Assembly (NCBI GenBank): GCA_029858305.1
Contig: JAOUFI010000023.1
Location: 1-31,221, forward strand
From: Candidatus Thorarchaeota archaeon
GTDB taxonomy: Archaea > Asgardarchaeota > Thorarchaeia > Thorarchaeales > Thorarchaeaceae
DNA length: 31,221 bases
Reading direction: 5' to 3'
In this document: in pieces, positions 7,546 to 16,117 of the stretch
Layout: each line of letters starts with the position of its first letter
Numbering within the stretch: position 1 is the first letter of the stretch
Position numbers and translations under genes: made by a program
The notes under the pieces: generated by a model
What the model was told of the DNA's origin: nothing
Databases searched by the model: none
What the model saw: only the letters and a program-made list of their open reading frames with translations

Positions 7546-8895
7546 GTGAGTAGAACTCAAATGCAAGCTGATATATTCAACTGGTTCTCCAGTAATCTGG
7601 GAATAGCAATTGCTTTCCTAATCATATTATTTGTTCTGCTGACGGCCTTCTACGTGAAGAAGTACGTACGTATCTTTGATCCAAACATCTTCTACGTCCA
7701 TCTACGGAAGGGTAAGGCCATAAAGCAAGGGGAAGGAGGCATGGTAGTCAGAATACCCTTCTTGGATAGGATTCTTGCTGTGGATAGAACTGTACAGCAG
7801 TTAAATATCTCAGCGGAGTCTGTTCTCTCCAAGGAGAAACAGAAGATCAGGCTAAGCGCAGTCCTTCAATGGCAGGCGGATAATGCTATTGCCACTATTA
7901 ACAACGTGATATGGAAGGAAATACCAAATCGATTAACAGCCATTATCGAGTCTGTTATGCGAACAGCGTGCGCACAACTGGCGGTAGAAGAGATACTGGA
8001 AGAACGACAACTGATAATTGAGGCTGTAAAGAAAGAACTGATTGACATAGTCAGTGAGTGGGGACTAAAAATAGTCACGGTCGAATTGGTAGATGTTATG
8101 GTTGTCAATGAATCATTCCTGAGGGACATGTCAAAGCCTCGTGAGGCTGAGATGCACCGCCTGGCACAGATTGCGTTGATTGAGGCAGACCAGGCAACTG
8201 GCACCAGAGACATCGAAAGATCAAAAGTCCTCAGAGCTCAGGAGATTGAACGTGACGTGCTAGTAGGTGTTCAGGAGCAACAGCAGCTGAGAGACATTCA
8301 AGAGGCCGAGAAGCAGCGTGAACAGAGTGTTCTAGAGATCGGGCTTCAAAAAGACCTGATGCAGAAGAAGTACGAAAAGCAGCAAGCTGAGGTTGAGGCT
8401 GCAAAAGACCTAGAGGTTGCCAAGCTGAATGCCGAAGCTGAGAAACAACGTAAGATTAAGGAAGAGGTTGAGGTACAAGCTCAACGCATTCTTCAGGAGG
8501 CTAAGGCTGATGCTGAGAAGATTAGCATTACAGCTGAGGCTGAAGCTGGTCAGATTCTAAAGGTCACTTCTGCTCAGGCAGAGGGTATCAAAAAGACCCT
8601 AGCTGCTGCAAAGGATTATTCACCACAGGCGTTTGCTAGAGACTTTCTCCAGATGCTCCCCGAGATCTATAAACAGATAGACATCGGCGACATAACTCTC
8701 TTCGGAGGGGGTGGAGCTATGGGTGCTGAAGGGACTGAAGAAGGCGGAGCTGGGGCTGGAGCCTTCCAAGTCTTTGGTAATGTACTTCTACCAATGATGC
8801 TGATGTCAAAAATGATGGGCTTTGATTTCAAAGGGCTTATGAAAGAAGCTCTGGGTGAGTTGGCGTCAGAGGATAAAAAGAAGAAACAGCAATAA
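7546..8895 (+). CDS. SPFH/Band-7 flotillin-like protein
   Basis: N-terminal TM; SPFH core (RIPFLDRI...AESVLSKEKQKI...SVMRTACAQLAVEEILEER...SEWGLKIVTVELVDV); long AEA-rich coiled coil. Start is GTG 7546 or ATG 7561. Confidence 0.9.
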   Translation: MSRTQMQADIFNWFSSNLGIAIAFLIILFVLLTAFYVKKYVRIFDPNIFYVHLRKGKAIKQGEGGMVVRIPFLDRILAVDRTVQQLNISAESVLSKEKQKIRLSAVLQWQADNAIATINNVIWKEIPNRLTAIIESVMRTACAQLAVEEILEERQLIIEAVKKELIDIVSEWGLKIVTVELVDVMVVNESFLRDMSKPREAEMHRLAQIALIEADQATGTRDIERSKVLRAQEIERDVLVGVQEQQQLRDIQEAEKQREQSVLEIGLQKDLMQKKYEKQQAEVEAAKDLEVAKLNAEAEKQRKIKEEVEVQAQRILQEAKADAEKISITAEAEAGQILKVTSAQAEGIKKTLAAAKDYSPQAFARDFLQMLPEIYKQIDIGDITLFGGGGAMGAEGTEEGGAGAGAFQVFGNVLLPMMLMSKMMGFDFKGLMKEALGELASEDKKKKQQ

Positions 8896-8903
8896 AGAAG
8901 TAA

Positions 8904-8970
8904 GGAGGATGATTGTTCCTAGTATATCTTTTAAAGTGAGCTAGGAATCTCCTCCCCATCGTCTTTTTTT
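8904..8970. terminator. Imperfect hairpin plus T-tract between the convergent flotillin and tusA genes
   Basis: GGAGGA..GATT..CCTAG (8904-8922) can pair with CTAGGAATCTCCTCC (8941-8955); T7 at 8964-8970. Confidence 0.4.
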
Positions 8971-8975
8971 CAAAT

Positions 8976-9215
8976 CTATTTGATACGTTTGATGTACCAA
9001 ATGAGCTTATCGCCTTCTTCAACAAGTTCAACTATCTCATTGCCACTTCTCTCAGCCCAGGCGGGGAAATCTTTCTTTGTGCCGATATCTGTGGCTATCA
9101 CTTTGAGAATCTGTCCAACCTCTATTGCTTGGACTTCCTTCTTCGTCTTTAAAATTGGCATGGGGCATCTCAACCCACTTGCATCGAACTCTGCTGCAAA
9201 TTGATGATCGGTCAT
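8976..9215 (-). CDS. tusA: TusA/SirA-family sulfur carrier
   Basis: DASGLRCPMPILKTKK (CPxP motif), GQILKVIATDIG...DFPAWA; 79 aa; GGAG upstream of the start. Confidence 0.93.
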   Translation of the reverse strand: MTDHQFAAEFDASGLRCPMPILKTKKEVQAIEVGQILKVIATDIGTKKDFPAWAERSGNEIVELVEEGDKLIWYIKRIK

Positions 9216-9262
9216 TGTTGTGTCGCTCCTTGCTCGATTAATGAATGGTTTTATGCATTTCT

Positions 9263-9282
9263 CTAGTGATTAATTTCACTAG
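9263..9282. promoter_or_regulatory. Perfect 7-6-7 inverted repeat in the divergent tusA / membrane-dsrE promoter region
   Basis: CTAGTGA-TTAATT-TCACTAG, 47 bp upstream of the tusA start. Confidence 0.4.
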
Positions 9283-9425
9283 TTTTTTTCACATAATTAT
9301 GTACGAAAACAAGCATAAGTTAAGACCTGTATTTACAGAATGAAACCATTACGCTTATGAAAATGTTCCTTTTCGACATGTTTATCTAATATTTTTTTAG
9401 CTCAGAAGACAACAGGTGTAATACT

Positions 9426-9818
9426 ATGGCACTTTTTCAATTGATTCTGTTCGTTCTTCTGGCCTTGAACATTAGTACTATGTTCTCGGGCTTTATGCTT
9501 GCTAGGAGAATGGGCTTCTATCTAATGAACCAAGTCATGGCATTGATGATTGCGATGATGATTGGCATTGCTGCCTTGGTTGTGGGTTTCTTCTTCCCTC
9601 CTGCACCAGCAATGTTTGATTATCTTCACATCATTATATTCCTTGACTTCATTCTTGTTTTACTTGGAACACTCATGCAGTTTGGTCAGATTCTGCCCAC
9701 TCTGCTAAAGACAATGCAAGGCGGTCCGTTTCACAGCTCGCACATGACCAATTTATTGGTCACGTTGTTTTTGCTGCTTGGACTCGTAATTTACTACGTA
9801 GAATTGGCTGTCATGTAG
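9426..9818 (+). CDS. Small Met-rich 4-TM membrane protein of unknown function
   Basis: 130 aa, four hydrophobic helices, FHSSH loop; CAGGTG upstream; 3 bp gap to dsrE suggests an operon. Confidence 0.7.
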   Translation: MALFQLILFVLLALNISTMFSGFMLARRMGFYLMNQVMALMIAMMIGIAALVVGFFFPPAPAMFDYLHIIIFLDFILVLLGTLMQFGQILPTLLKTMQGGPFHSSHMTNLLVTLFLLLGLVIYYVELAVM

Positions 9819-9821
9819 GAG

Positions 9822-10196
9822 ATGAAATCAAAAATGGCTAGTCTATATATTGTTGGACAATGGGGTCCTGAAGCGGCGGAGAGATGCTATGGTCCCTTTG
9901 TAACTGGTACTACTGCACAGACACTTGATGTTTCGGTGACGATCTTCCTCATGATGGATGGAGTCATGTTGATGAAGAAGGGAGCTGCCGAGAAAGTGAA
10001 GGCACCAGGTTTTCCACCGTTGCCGGATCTCATCAATTCCTTCCTCGAAGCTGGTGGAAAGATTCAGGTCTGCTCAAACTCTGTTGAATTCAGAGGAATC
10101 AAGCAGGGAGACCTGAGAGACCCCAGAATTGAGATTGCGGGAGCTGCCACCATGGTGGATGATGTGTTAAAGCACGACCGTACAATGACTTTCTAA
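9822..10196 (+). CDS. DsrE/DsrF-family sulfur-relay protein
   Basis: VTIFLMMDGVMLMKKG...EAGGKIQVCSNSVEFRGI...IAGAATMV with the conserved DsrE Cys, plus an extra N-terminal Cys (ERCYGPF). Confidence 0.88.
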   Translation: MKSKMASLYIVGQWGPEAAERCYGPFVTGTTAQTLDVSVTIFLMMDGVMLMKKGAAEKVKAPGFPPLPDLINSFLEAGGKIQVCSNSVEFRGIKQGDLRDPRIEIAGAATMVDDVLKHDRTMTF

Positions 10197-10207
10197 ACTA
10201 ACAAACT

Positions 10208-10240
10208 TGAGGGAGGCAATCCCTCATTTTCTTTCTTTTT
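10208..10240 (+). terminator. Hairpin plus T-rich tract after dsrE
   Basis: TGAGGGA-GGCAA-TCCCTCA followed by TTTTCTTTCTTTTT. Confidence 0.6.
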
Positions 10241-10253
10241 CTCCATATTCAAA

Positions 10254-12056
10254 TTAGATGAAGTCCGGATAACAATTCCTCAAAGCTAGATTTAGGACTG
10301 CATTCCGAATGGACTCATCGGATATGAATCCCGTTAATTGTTCCTCACAGATCTTGATGAATGGAAGCATTGGAAGCTGATTGCGATCGACCCCCTTCGA
10401 TGGATCATCAACATTGATTTCTTCTATAATCGTGCGAGGCACATTGAGTTCGTCAAGTACTCTTAGAAGTGTTTCCATAGCAGGATCACAGAATACACAA
10501 TGGTTTGATTTGTAGAAGGTAATGCAAGTATAGCGGCCGCAAGGCAATTCCTGTGCTTCAACCCACATTGGAAGCATCATTACAAACTTGGCACCTTTTG
10601 AATGGTTACCTTGGACGCGGTCCTCGACCCTTATCCTACCTCCCAAACTTTTGACTATTTGGTCCACTAATGTGAGTCCTAAACCTCTCCCGATAATTTG
10701 TTGATCTGGACTCCCTGTTCTTCTGAAAATGAATTCTTTCGCTTCATCAGGAACACCAGGACCTTTATCGATGAATTCGATTCTAACCATCTTCAAATTG
10801 TCAATACGCTCTGCATTCACCTCAACTTCTACAATATCATTTTCATCGAAGGACAACGAATTGTGAATAATATTGAAACAGACTTGGTGAAGGTATTCGT
10901 GACCCGCGATCTTGAACTCCCCTTTTCTAATGTTAGTTTTCAACGAGAGCTTCTTCCACGGGAAGTCCTCTTCAGCTGCATACTTGGCTATCTGAATATA
11001 ATCAAAAAGATCCACTTCTTCTAGTGAAGGTGGAGATTCATGGAGTCGCAAAATAGCATGCATATTTGCCGTCATTCGAGCAGAACGTCTAATTTGCCAA
11101 CTTGATTGCTGCATCATAGAACGAATCTGCTCAGACAGTTTGGGCATTGCTTCTACAAGCCCAAGTGAGAATAATAGACTCTGATTGATATTGTTGAGGT
11201 CATGTGTCATCACCTCAAGATAGAGGTTAGCACGCTCCCGTTCATCATTTTCTCTGCCTTCAGCAGTTTTTCTTCTGTCAATATCAATTGCCATTAGACC
11301 TATATTTGAAGACTTGTCAGGATACTCCAAAAGGTTCGCGGTCACACTCACCCATGTAGATCTTCCATCAGATCGCTGAAGTTGCATCTCAAAGTCCTCA
11401 AGGCTCTTGCCTTGTGAAACTTCTGACATGACCGCGGTGAGAATCTCTTTCCTTTCCTCATTTGGGAGAAAAGTCGCAAGATTTCTCCGAAGAAGTTCAT
11501 CTTCCTGATAGCCTAGAAGACGGCACGCAGCCTTGTTGATTTGGAGAATATTTCCTCGAAGACTGAGCGTAATGTAAGCAATGGGAGATGAGTCGAATAG
11601 TGCCCTGTATCGACTCTCGGAGGCATCTATTGCAGCTTCCAATTCTTTCTGGCTCGTGATGTCTCTAACAATTCCAAGCGTTGCAGGGAGACCAGATATC
11701 ACGAAGTATGATGTGCTAATTTCTACATCAAGTAGAGTGCTTCCTTTCATCATGAGGCAAGCACGAAAACTAGGCTGATCTAATTCACCCCAATGAAGAG
11801 CCTCTTGACCTTCCTTATAGTAATGGGCGGTTGCTATGTCGAGGATACTACTGACAGGTTTACCAATTAGCTCACCATCATCAAAACCAAGCATTCTATG
11901 CAGAGCGGGATTTACAATAGCTAATCGATCCTCTTGAATGACCATGATACCATCATTTGCCATCATGACCATATCTTCAAAGTGAATATTATGGTCAGGT
12001 GCGCGCTTCGTGTTCTCATGATCCTGCAAATCTATCACCACTTGGATAATGACCAA
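10254..12056 (-). CDS. Soluble PAS-PAS histidine kinase with C-terminal thioredoxin-like (CVFC) domain
   Basis: Two PAS/PAC units; H box EVMTHDLNN, N box FNIIHNS, G1 DKGPG, G2 GRGLGL; tail ITFYKSNHCVFCDP...INVDD...LPMLPFI...LTGF. The exact start is uncertain. Confidence 0.9.
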   Translation of the reverse strand: MVIIQVVIDLQDHENTKRAPDHNIHFEDMVMMANDGIMVIQEDRLAIVNPALHRMLGFDDGELIGKPVSSILDIATAHYYKEGQEALHWGELDQPSFRACLMMKGSTLLDVEISTSYFVISGLPATLGIVRDITSQKELEAAIDASESRYRALFDSSPIAYITLSLRGNILQINKAACRLLGYQEDELLRRNLATFLPNEERKEILTAVMSEVSQGKSLEDFEMQLQRSDGRSTWVSVTANLLEYPDKSSNIGLMAIDIDRRKTAEGRENDERERANLYLEVMTHDLNNINQSLLFSLGLVEAMPKLSEQIRSMMQQSSWQIRRSARMTANMHAILRLHESPPSLEEVDLFDYIQIAKYAAEEDFPWKKLSLKTNIRKGEFKIAGHEYLHQVCFNIIHNSLSFDENDIVEVEVNAERIDNLKMVRIEFIDKGPGVPDEAKEFIFRRTGSPDQQIIGRGLGLTLVDQIVKSLGGRIRVEDRVQGNHSKGAKFVMMLPMWVEAQELPCGRYTCITFYKSNHCVFCDPAMETLLRVLDELNVPRTIIEEINVDDPSKGVDRNQLPMLPFIKICEEQLTGFISDESIRNAVLNLALRNCYPDFI

Positions 12057-12225
12057 CTATCCGGAGGTGGAGCTACGCTTTCTTTGAATATCAGAAGAGA
12101 GCATGGATTTTGCTGTTCTTTGTGCATGGTGGAATCCCTGTCAATCAAAACAAGTGCTACTTTTCCTAGATAATACTTGTTTGTTCGAAATAACTTTGGA
12201 TCACAAAACGTCTTAGTCAGATAGA

Positions 12226-12261
12226 TAATATTAAAACGCTTGTACAAATGTTTGAATGTTA
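12226..12261. promoter_or_regulatory. Imperfect 36-bp palindrome; candidate ArsR/SmtB/CadC operator
   Basis: TAATATTAAAACGCTTGT | ACAAATGTTTGAATGTTA, 14/18 pairs by manual count, 38 bp upstream of the ArsR gene; the right arm contains TTTGAA as in CadC-type operators. Confidence 0.55.
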
Positions 12262-12299
12262 ATTGTTGAGTGAGACTATATGATCTATTCGATTGAGGA

Positions 12300-12629
12300 G
12301 TGGCGATATTGGTGAGCGAAGGTAAACAGGTTCATCTTGGATATGATGAAGATGAGATCTCTGGTGTCATAGCTATGTTCAAAGCGTTGTCAGATCCAAC
12401 AAGACTTCAAATAATATCTGTATTAACTCAGGAGAGTGGCATCTGTGTTTCCGATATTGCACAGATCTTGAATATGTCAATTAGCCGAGTTAGTCATCAT
12501 CTGAGTATGTTAGAGAAACTGGGTTTTACGCGGCATAAACAACTTGGAAAACAGGTCTATTACAAAATCGATGATGATTGTATTGTAGATATTCTTACGA
12601 GGGCACAAGAACATGTTAGAGGTAGCTGA
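12300..12629 (+). CDS. ArsR/SmtB-family metalloregulator
   Basis: FKALSDPTRLQII...ICVSDIA...SRVSHHLSML...GKQVYYKIDDDCI...EHV; overlaps the ATPase start. Confidence 0.93.
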   Translation: MAILVSEGKQVHLGYDEDEISGVIAMFKALSDPTRLQIISVLTQESGICVSDIAQILNMSISRVSHHLSMLEKLGFTRHKQLGKQVYYKIDDDCIVDILTRAQEHVRGS

Positions 12630-14523
12630 AGACACCTGTACGACTTGTGGTAGTCCACAGGAAGTCACCGATCGCAAGCCAAAGAACTACAAATATGGCA
12701 TCGCAGTATTCTCTGCAGGAATGATCGGCATTGGCTTAATCCTAGAGATTCTTAGCGTAGATTTGATGTGGATCTATGCTGCATTTCTGGCTTCGATGCT
12801 CTCTGCTGGGCAATTCGTTATCCCGAAAGGACTTAGAGGACTCGCTCGATTGAAACTTGATCAACACTTTCTAATGACATCTGCATCTTTTGGAGCGATG
12901 ATAATTGGAGCCCCCGCCGAAGGAGCGGCAGTGATGTTTCTCTTCTACATCTCAATTCTATTGGAGGAGAAAGCAGAGGATAAAGTCAGAGATGAGATAC
13001 AGGCGCTTGTAGAACTAGAACCTCCGTCAGTCACAATCAAAGTGGACGGAACAGAATTCTGTACCACTCCAGAGGATGTTAAAATAGGAGATATCCTGAT
13101 TGTGCGGCCTGGAGGACAGATTGGACTTGATGGAATAATCAAAACAGGTGCAACATCTGTTAATCAATCATCAATCACTGGAGAGTCACTTCCAATACCG
13201 AAGTCAGTCGGCGATCATGTCTATGCAGGCACGATAAACCAAGAGGGATACATCGAAGTAGAAGTTACCGAGAAATCAAATGAATCAGTTCTTTCAAAGA
13301 TTATTAACTTGGTAGATGCCTCTCGCAAGAATCGAGCACCGACAGAGAAGGCAATTTCTAGGTTTTCAGTGATCTATACACCGATAGTCGTCCTTCTGGC
13401 ACTACTAGTAGCAATCATATCGTTTGTGCAGGGACTATCCATTACTGATTCAACATATCGGGGATTAACTCTTCTAGTAATTAGTTGCCCTTGCGCATTT
13501 GCGGTCTCGATTCCAGTTAGTATGGTATCAGCAATTGCGGGCTCAGCAAGAAATGGTATCTTAGTTAAAGGAGGAATTTTCATCGAACAGATGAGCAAGA
13601 CAGGAGTTGTTGCTTTTGACAAAACGGGCACGCTCACAGAAGGCGTGTTGTCAGTCAAGGATGTATGTATGCATAACAACTATTCACGAGACCAAGTTTT
13701 GTCTGCTGCTGCGTCACTCGAAACGATGTCAGAACATCCTATCGGAAGAGCACTTATCGAGGCTACAATTAGAGAAAATGTGGAGAAGGTTCAAGCATCA
13801 GAATTCAGGTCGATACCAGGAAGAGGTGTCATCGGTAATCTAGGTGAAACTGAGTATTTTGTTGGTAATCGAAGACTCCTTCTTGACAATCAAGTTCCTT
13901 TGGATTCGGTAGAAGCACATGATTGCGGAGCTGGAACAATGGTATATGTTGCCAATGGATCAGAACACCTAGGAACAATAGTTCTCTCAGACACATTAAG
14001 GCCAGGAACAAAACGGACAGTTAAGAAACTCAAGGAAATGGGCATACACACAGTCATGTTGACTGGTGATAGCGAGAATGTTGCAAGAGAGATTGCAGAG
14101 GAAATTGGCATTGATGACTATCGAGCAGAGTTATTACCAGATCAGAAAGTAAGCGCAATTGAAGAGCTAAAGAGGAATGGAATCGTCTTAATGGTAGGTG
14201 ACGGAATAAATGACACACCTGCTCTCGCATCAGCAGACGTTGGTGTCGCACTCGGAGCTGCTGCATCAGATGCAGCTTTGGAAGTCGCAGATGTTGCGTT
14301 AATGGAACAGGATCTGACCAAAATACCTGAATTGATTCAAAACTCGAAGAAGACAATGCGAGTCGTACGTCAGAATGTCGCTACTTCTCTTACTGTCAAA
14401 GCGGTGACTGGGATTCTTGCAAGCATTGGTATTCTGACCTTGTGGATGGCAATTGGAGTAGGTGATATGGGTCTTACATTTCTTGTTATTGCCAATGCCC
14501 TCAGATTAGCAGGAAAATGGTGA
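12613..14523 (+). CDS. P1B-type heavy-metal ATPase (ZntA/CadA-like, probably Zn/Cd/Pb)
   Basis: TGES, CPC, DKTGT, SEHP, GDGIND motifs; late-TM N..K and DMG as in P1B-2; only a short N-terminal CTTC instead of an HMA domain. Confidence 0.93.
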   Translation: MLEVAEDTCTTCGSPQEVTDRKPKNYKYGIAVFSAGMIGIGLILEILSVDLMWIYAAFLASMLSAGQFVIPKGLRGLARLKLDQHFLMTSASFGAMIIGAPAEGAAVMFLFYISILLEEKAEDKVRDEIQALVELEPPSVTIKVDGTEFCTTPEDVKIGDILIVRPGGQIGLDGIIKTGATSVNQSSITGESLPIPKSVGDHVYAGTINQEGYIEVEVTEKSNESVLSKIINLVDASRKNRAPTEKAISRFSVIYTPIVVLLALLVAIISFVQGLSITDSTYRGLTLLVISCPCAFAVSIPVSMVSAIAGSARNGILVKGGIFIEQMSKTGVVAFDKTGTLTEGVLSVKDVCMHNNYSRDQVLSAAASLETMSEHPIGRALIEATIRENVEKVQASEFRSIPGRGVIGNLGETEYFVGNRRLLLDNQVPLDSVEAHDCGAGTMVYVANGSEHLGTIVLSDTLRPGTKRTVKKLKEMGIHTVMLTGDSENVAREIAEEIGIDDYRAELLPDQKVSAIEELKRNGIVLMVGDGINDTPALASADVGVALGAAASDAALEVADVALMEQDLTKIPELIQNSKKTMRVVRQNVATSLTVKAVTGILASIGILTLWMAIGVGDMGLTFLVIANALRLAGKW

Positions 14524-14524
14524 T

Positions 14525-16117
14525 TTAAAGATAAGAGTTCAAAGCCTTGGCGGCAATTCCCAAAAAAACGGCCATAAAGCCAACAGAATATAATGGTAGT
14601 ATTAGGAGGAGATATAGATTACCTGCAAAAATAGTAACAATACCTAGTAGTAGCGTACCAAGTGAAAGGTTAATGATAGGGTATGAGAACGCTAGTGGAA
14701 CTGGTAAAGTACGAGGATCATTGGTTAATACAGGCACATATGCTCCAATGGCTATGCCAATTGCCGTGAATAAGATGGTTAGAGGAGCAGCTAGAGTGAT
14801 CAGAGCAATATAACCTTCAATTCGTAAAATATAGATTAATAGCCCGCAAGCAGGAATCACTGCAATACCAACCTCAAAGAGGCTCAGTAGGAATTTGGCT
14901 AGGATTATATCTCTCGACCTAAAAGGACTAGCCTTCAAAAGGTACACATTTTCTTTCTCATCTACAAAGCTCAGCATCGATGTTACACTCGACATTTGAA
15001 TTAGCAGAATTAGCATTAAGAGAAAGGCGGGTACAACTGCGAAAGCAAGATTGGGAGGTATTTGAACTGATCTAAACCATTCAGGATGGAACAAGTTCAA
15101 GTACACAACAAAAATCGTTCCAACGACTACATAGACATATTTCCATATCTGAAATGGTGATCGTAAGCGACTGTAGAAGTCCTTCAACATAATCCAAACC
15201 ATTGGGTCTCTGAAACGATTATTTGAGAAGTCCACCTCACCACGAGCAAATCGACTAAAATTGCCTTCCATCTCATCACGCCCTTTTACAAGAGAAAACA
15301 GCTCATAATAATCATAGTTGCAAATGTTTGCCGTGAATAGAAGTGCTATGAAGAAGACAATGAATTGAAGTTGAAAACCAATCATAAAACTAAGATTAAT
15401 TGAAAACACACCAGACATCTCAGTCAATACTAGCCCAAATGCATTCGAAGGCGCTAGAAAGGCTGGAGTGAAGGTAGAGGTGAATTCAGGGAAAACAGGA
15501 TAAAAGACTATCATGCCCAAGAGCACAGCAAGAAAATAGCGTAAGCGGCTTCGTGTTCGTCTTTCGACGGTAATTCTGATGTATGAACTCACTGCACCAA
15601 GAAAATAGTTTGTTTCTAAAAATACTATAAAACTAATTATCAAGAAGAATGCATTGAAAAACAATAGATTGGCTTCAGTCAGTAAAGGGAGAATTGCAAG
15701 CACGCCCAAAAAAGCAAAGACTAGCCTTCGTATAATTCGACGGACATAGTTGCCCAAGAAGACCTGATGAGGGAGTACAGGGGCTGGGAGTAGCACATTT
15801 TCTTGAATAGAAGTAAGCCCTGAAGCTGGTCCGAGCCCAAAAAAACCACTCACAACAGATGTAACACTCAAGAGTCCAAAAGCTGCAAAGAGCATTCCTC
15901 TATCAATAATATCTTCTAGAATTGTACCTAGTTGGAAAAACACTGGGGACAAAGTCAGTAATGATGATACAATCATACTCACAAAAAAGATACCAAATAC
16001 TGTTACGCAATAAAACAGGAGCATTGAAGGTGTTGTGATAGTCTGCTTGAATTGATTGTAAAGCATTCGAACCTCATTCTTGAATAGTTCGTACATTTGT
16101 GACTTCACAACATTCAC
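14525..16117 (-). CDS. ABC exporter permease (duplicated ABC-2-like membrane domains)
   Basis: About 12-14 TMs; two repeats of LLxAP....I/V.L (VLLPAPVLPHQVFL, LLKASPFRSRDIILAK); abuts the ATPase gene. Confidence 0.8.
   Translation of the reverse strand: MNVVKSQMYELFKNEVRMLYNQFKQTITTPSMLLFYCVTVFGIFFVSMIVSSLLTLSPVFFQLGTILEDIIDRGMLFAAFGLLSVTSVVSGFFGLGPASGLTSIQENVLLPAPVLPHQVFLGNYVRRIIRRLVFAFLGVLAILPLLTEANLLFFNAFFLIISFIVFLETNYFLGAVSSYIRITVERRTRSRLRYFLAVLLGMIVFYPVFPEFTSTFTPAFLAPSNAFGLVLTEMSGVFSINLSFMIGFQLQFIVFFIALLFTANICNYDYYELFSLVKGRDEMEGNFSRFARGEVDFSNNRFRDPMVWIMLKDFYSRLRSPFQIWKYVYVVVGTIFVVYLNLFHPEWFRSVQIPPNLAFAVVPAFLLMLILLIQMSSVTSMLSFVDEKENVYLLKASPFRSRDIILAKFLLSLFEVGIAVIPACGLLIYILRIEGYIALITLAAPLTILFTAIGIAIGAYVPVLTNDPRTLPVPLAFSYPIINLSLGTLLLGIVTIFAGNLYLLLILPLYSVGFMAVFLGIAAKALNSYL

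Noticed and set aside
8904-8955. Hairpin containing ATGA...AAA as a eukaryote-like SECIS element
   Set aside because: No GA on the 3' side to complete the kink-turn core, and neither flanking gene has an in-frame TGA at a Cys position.
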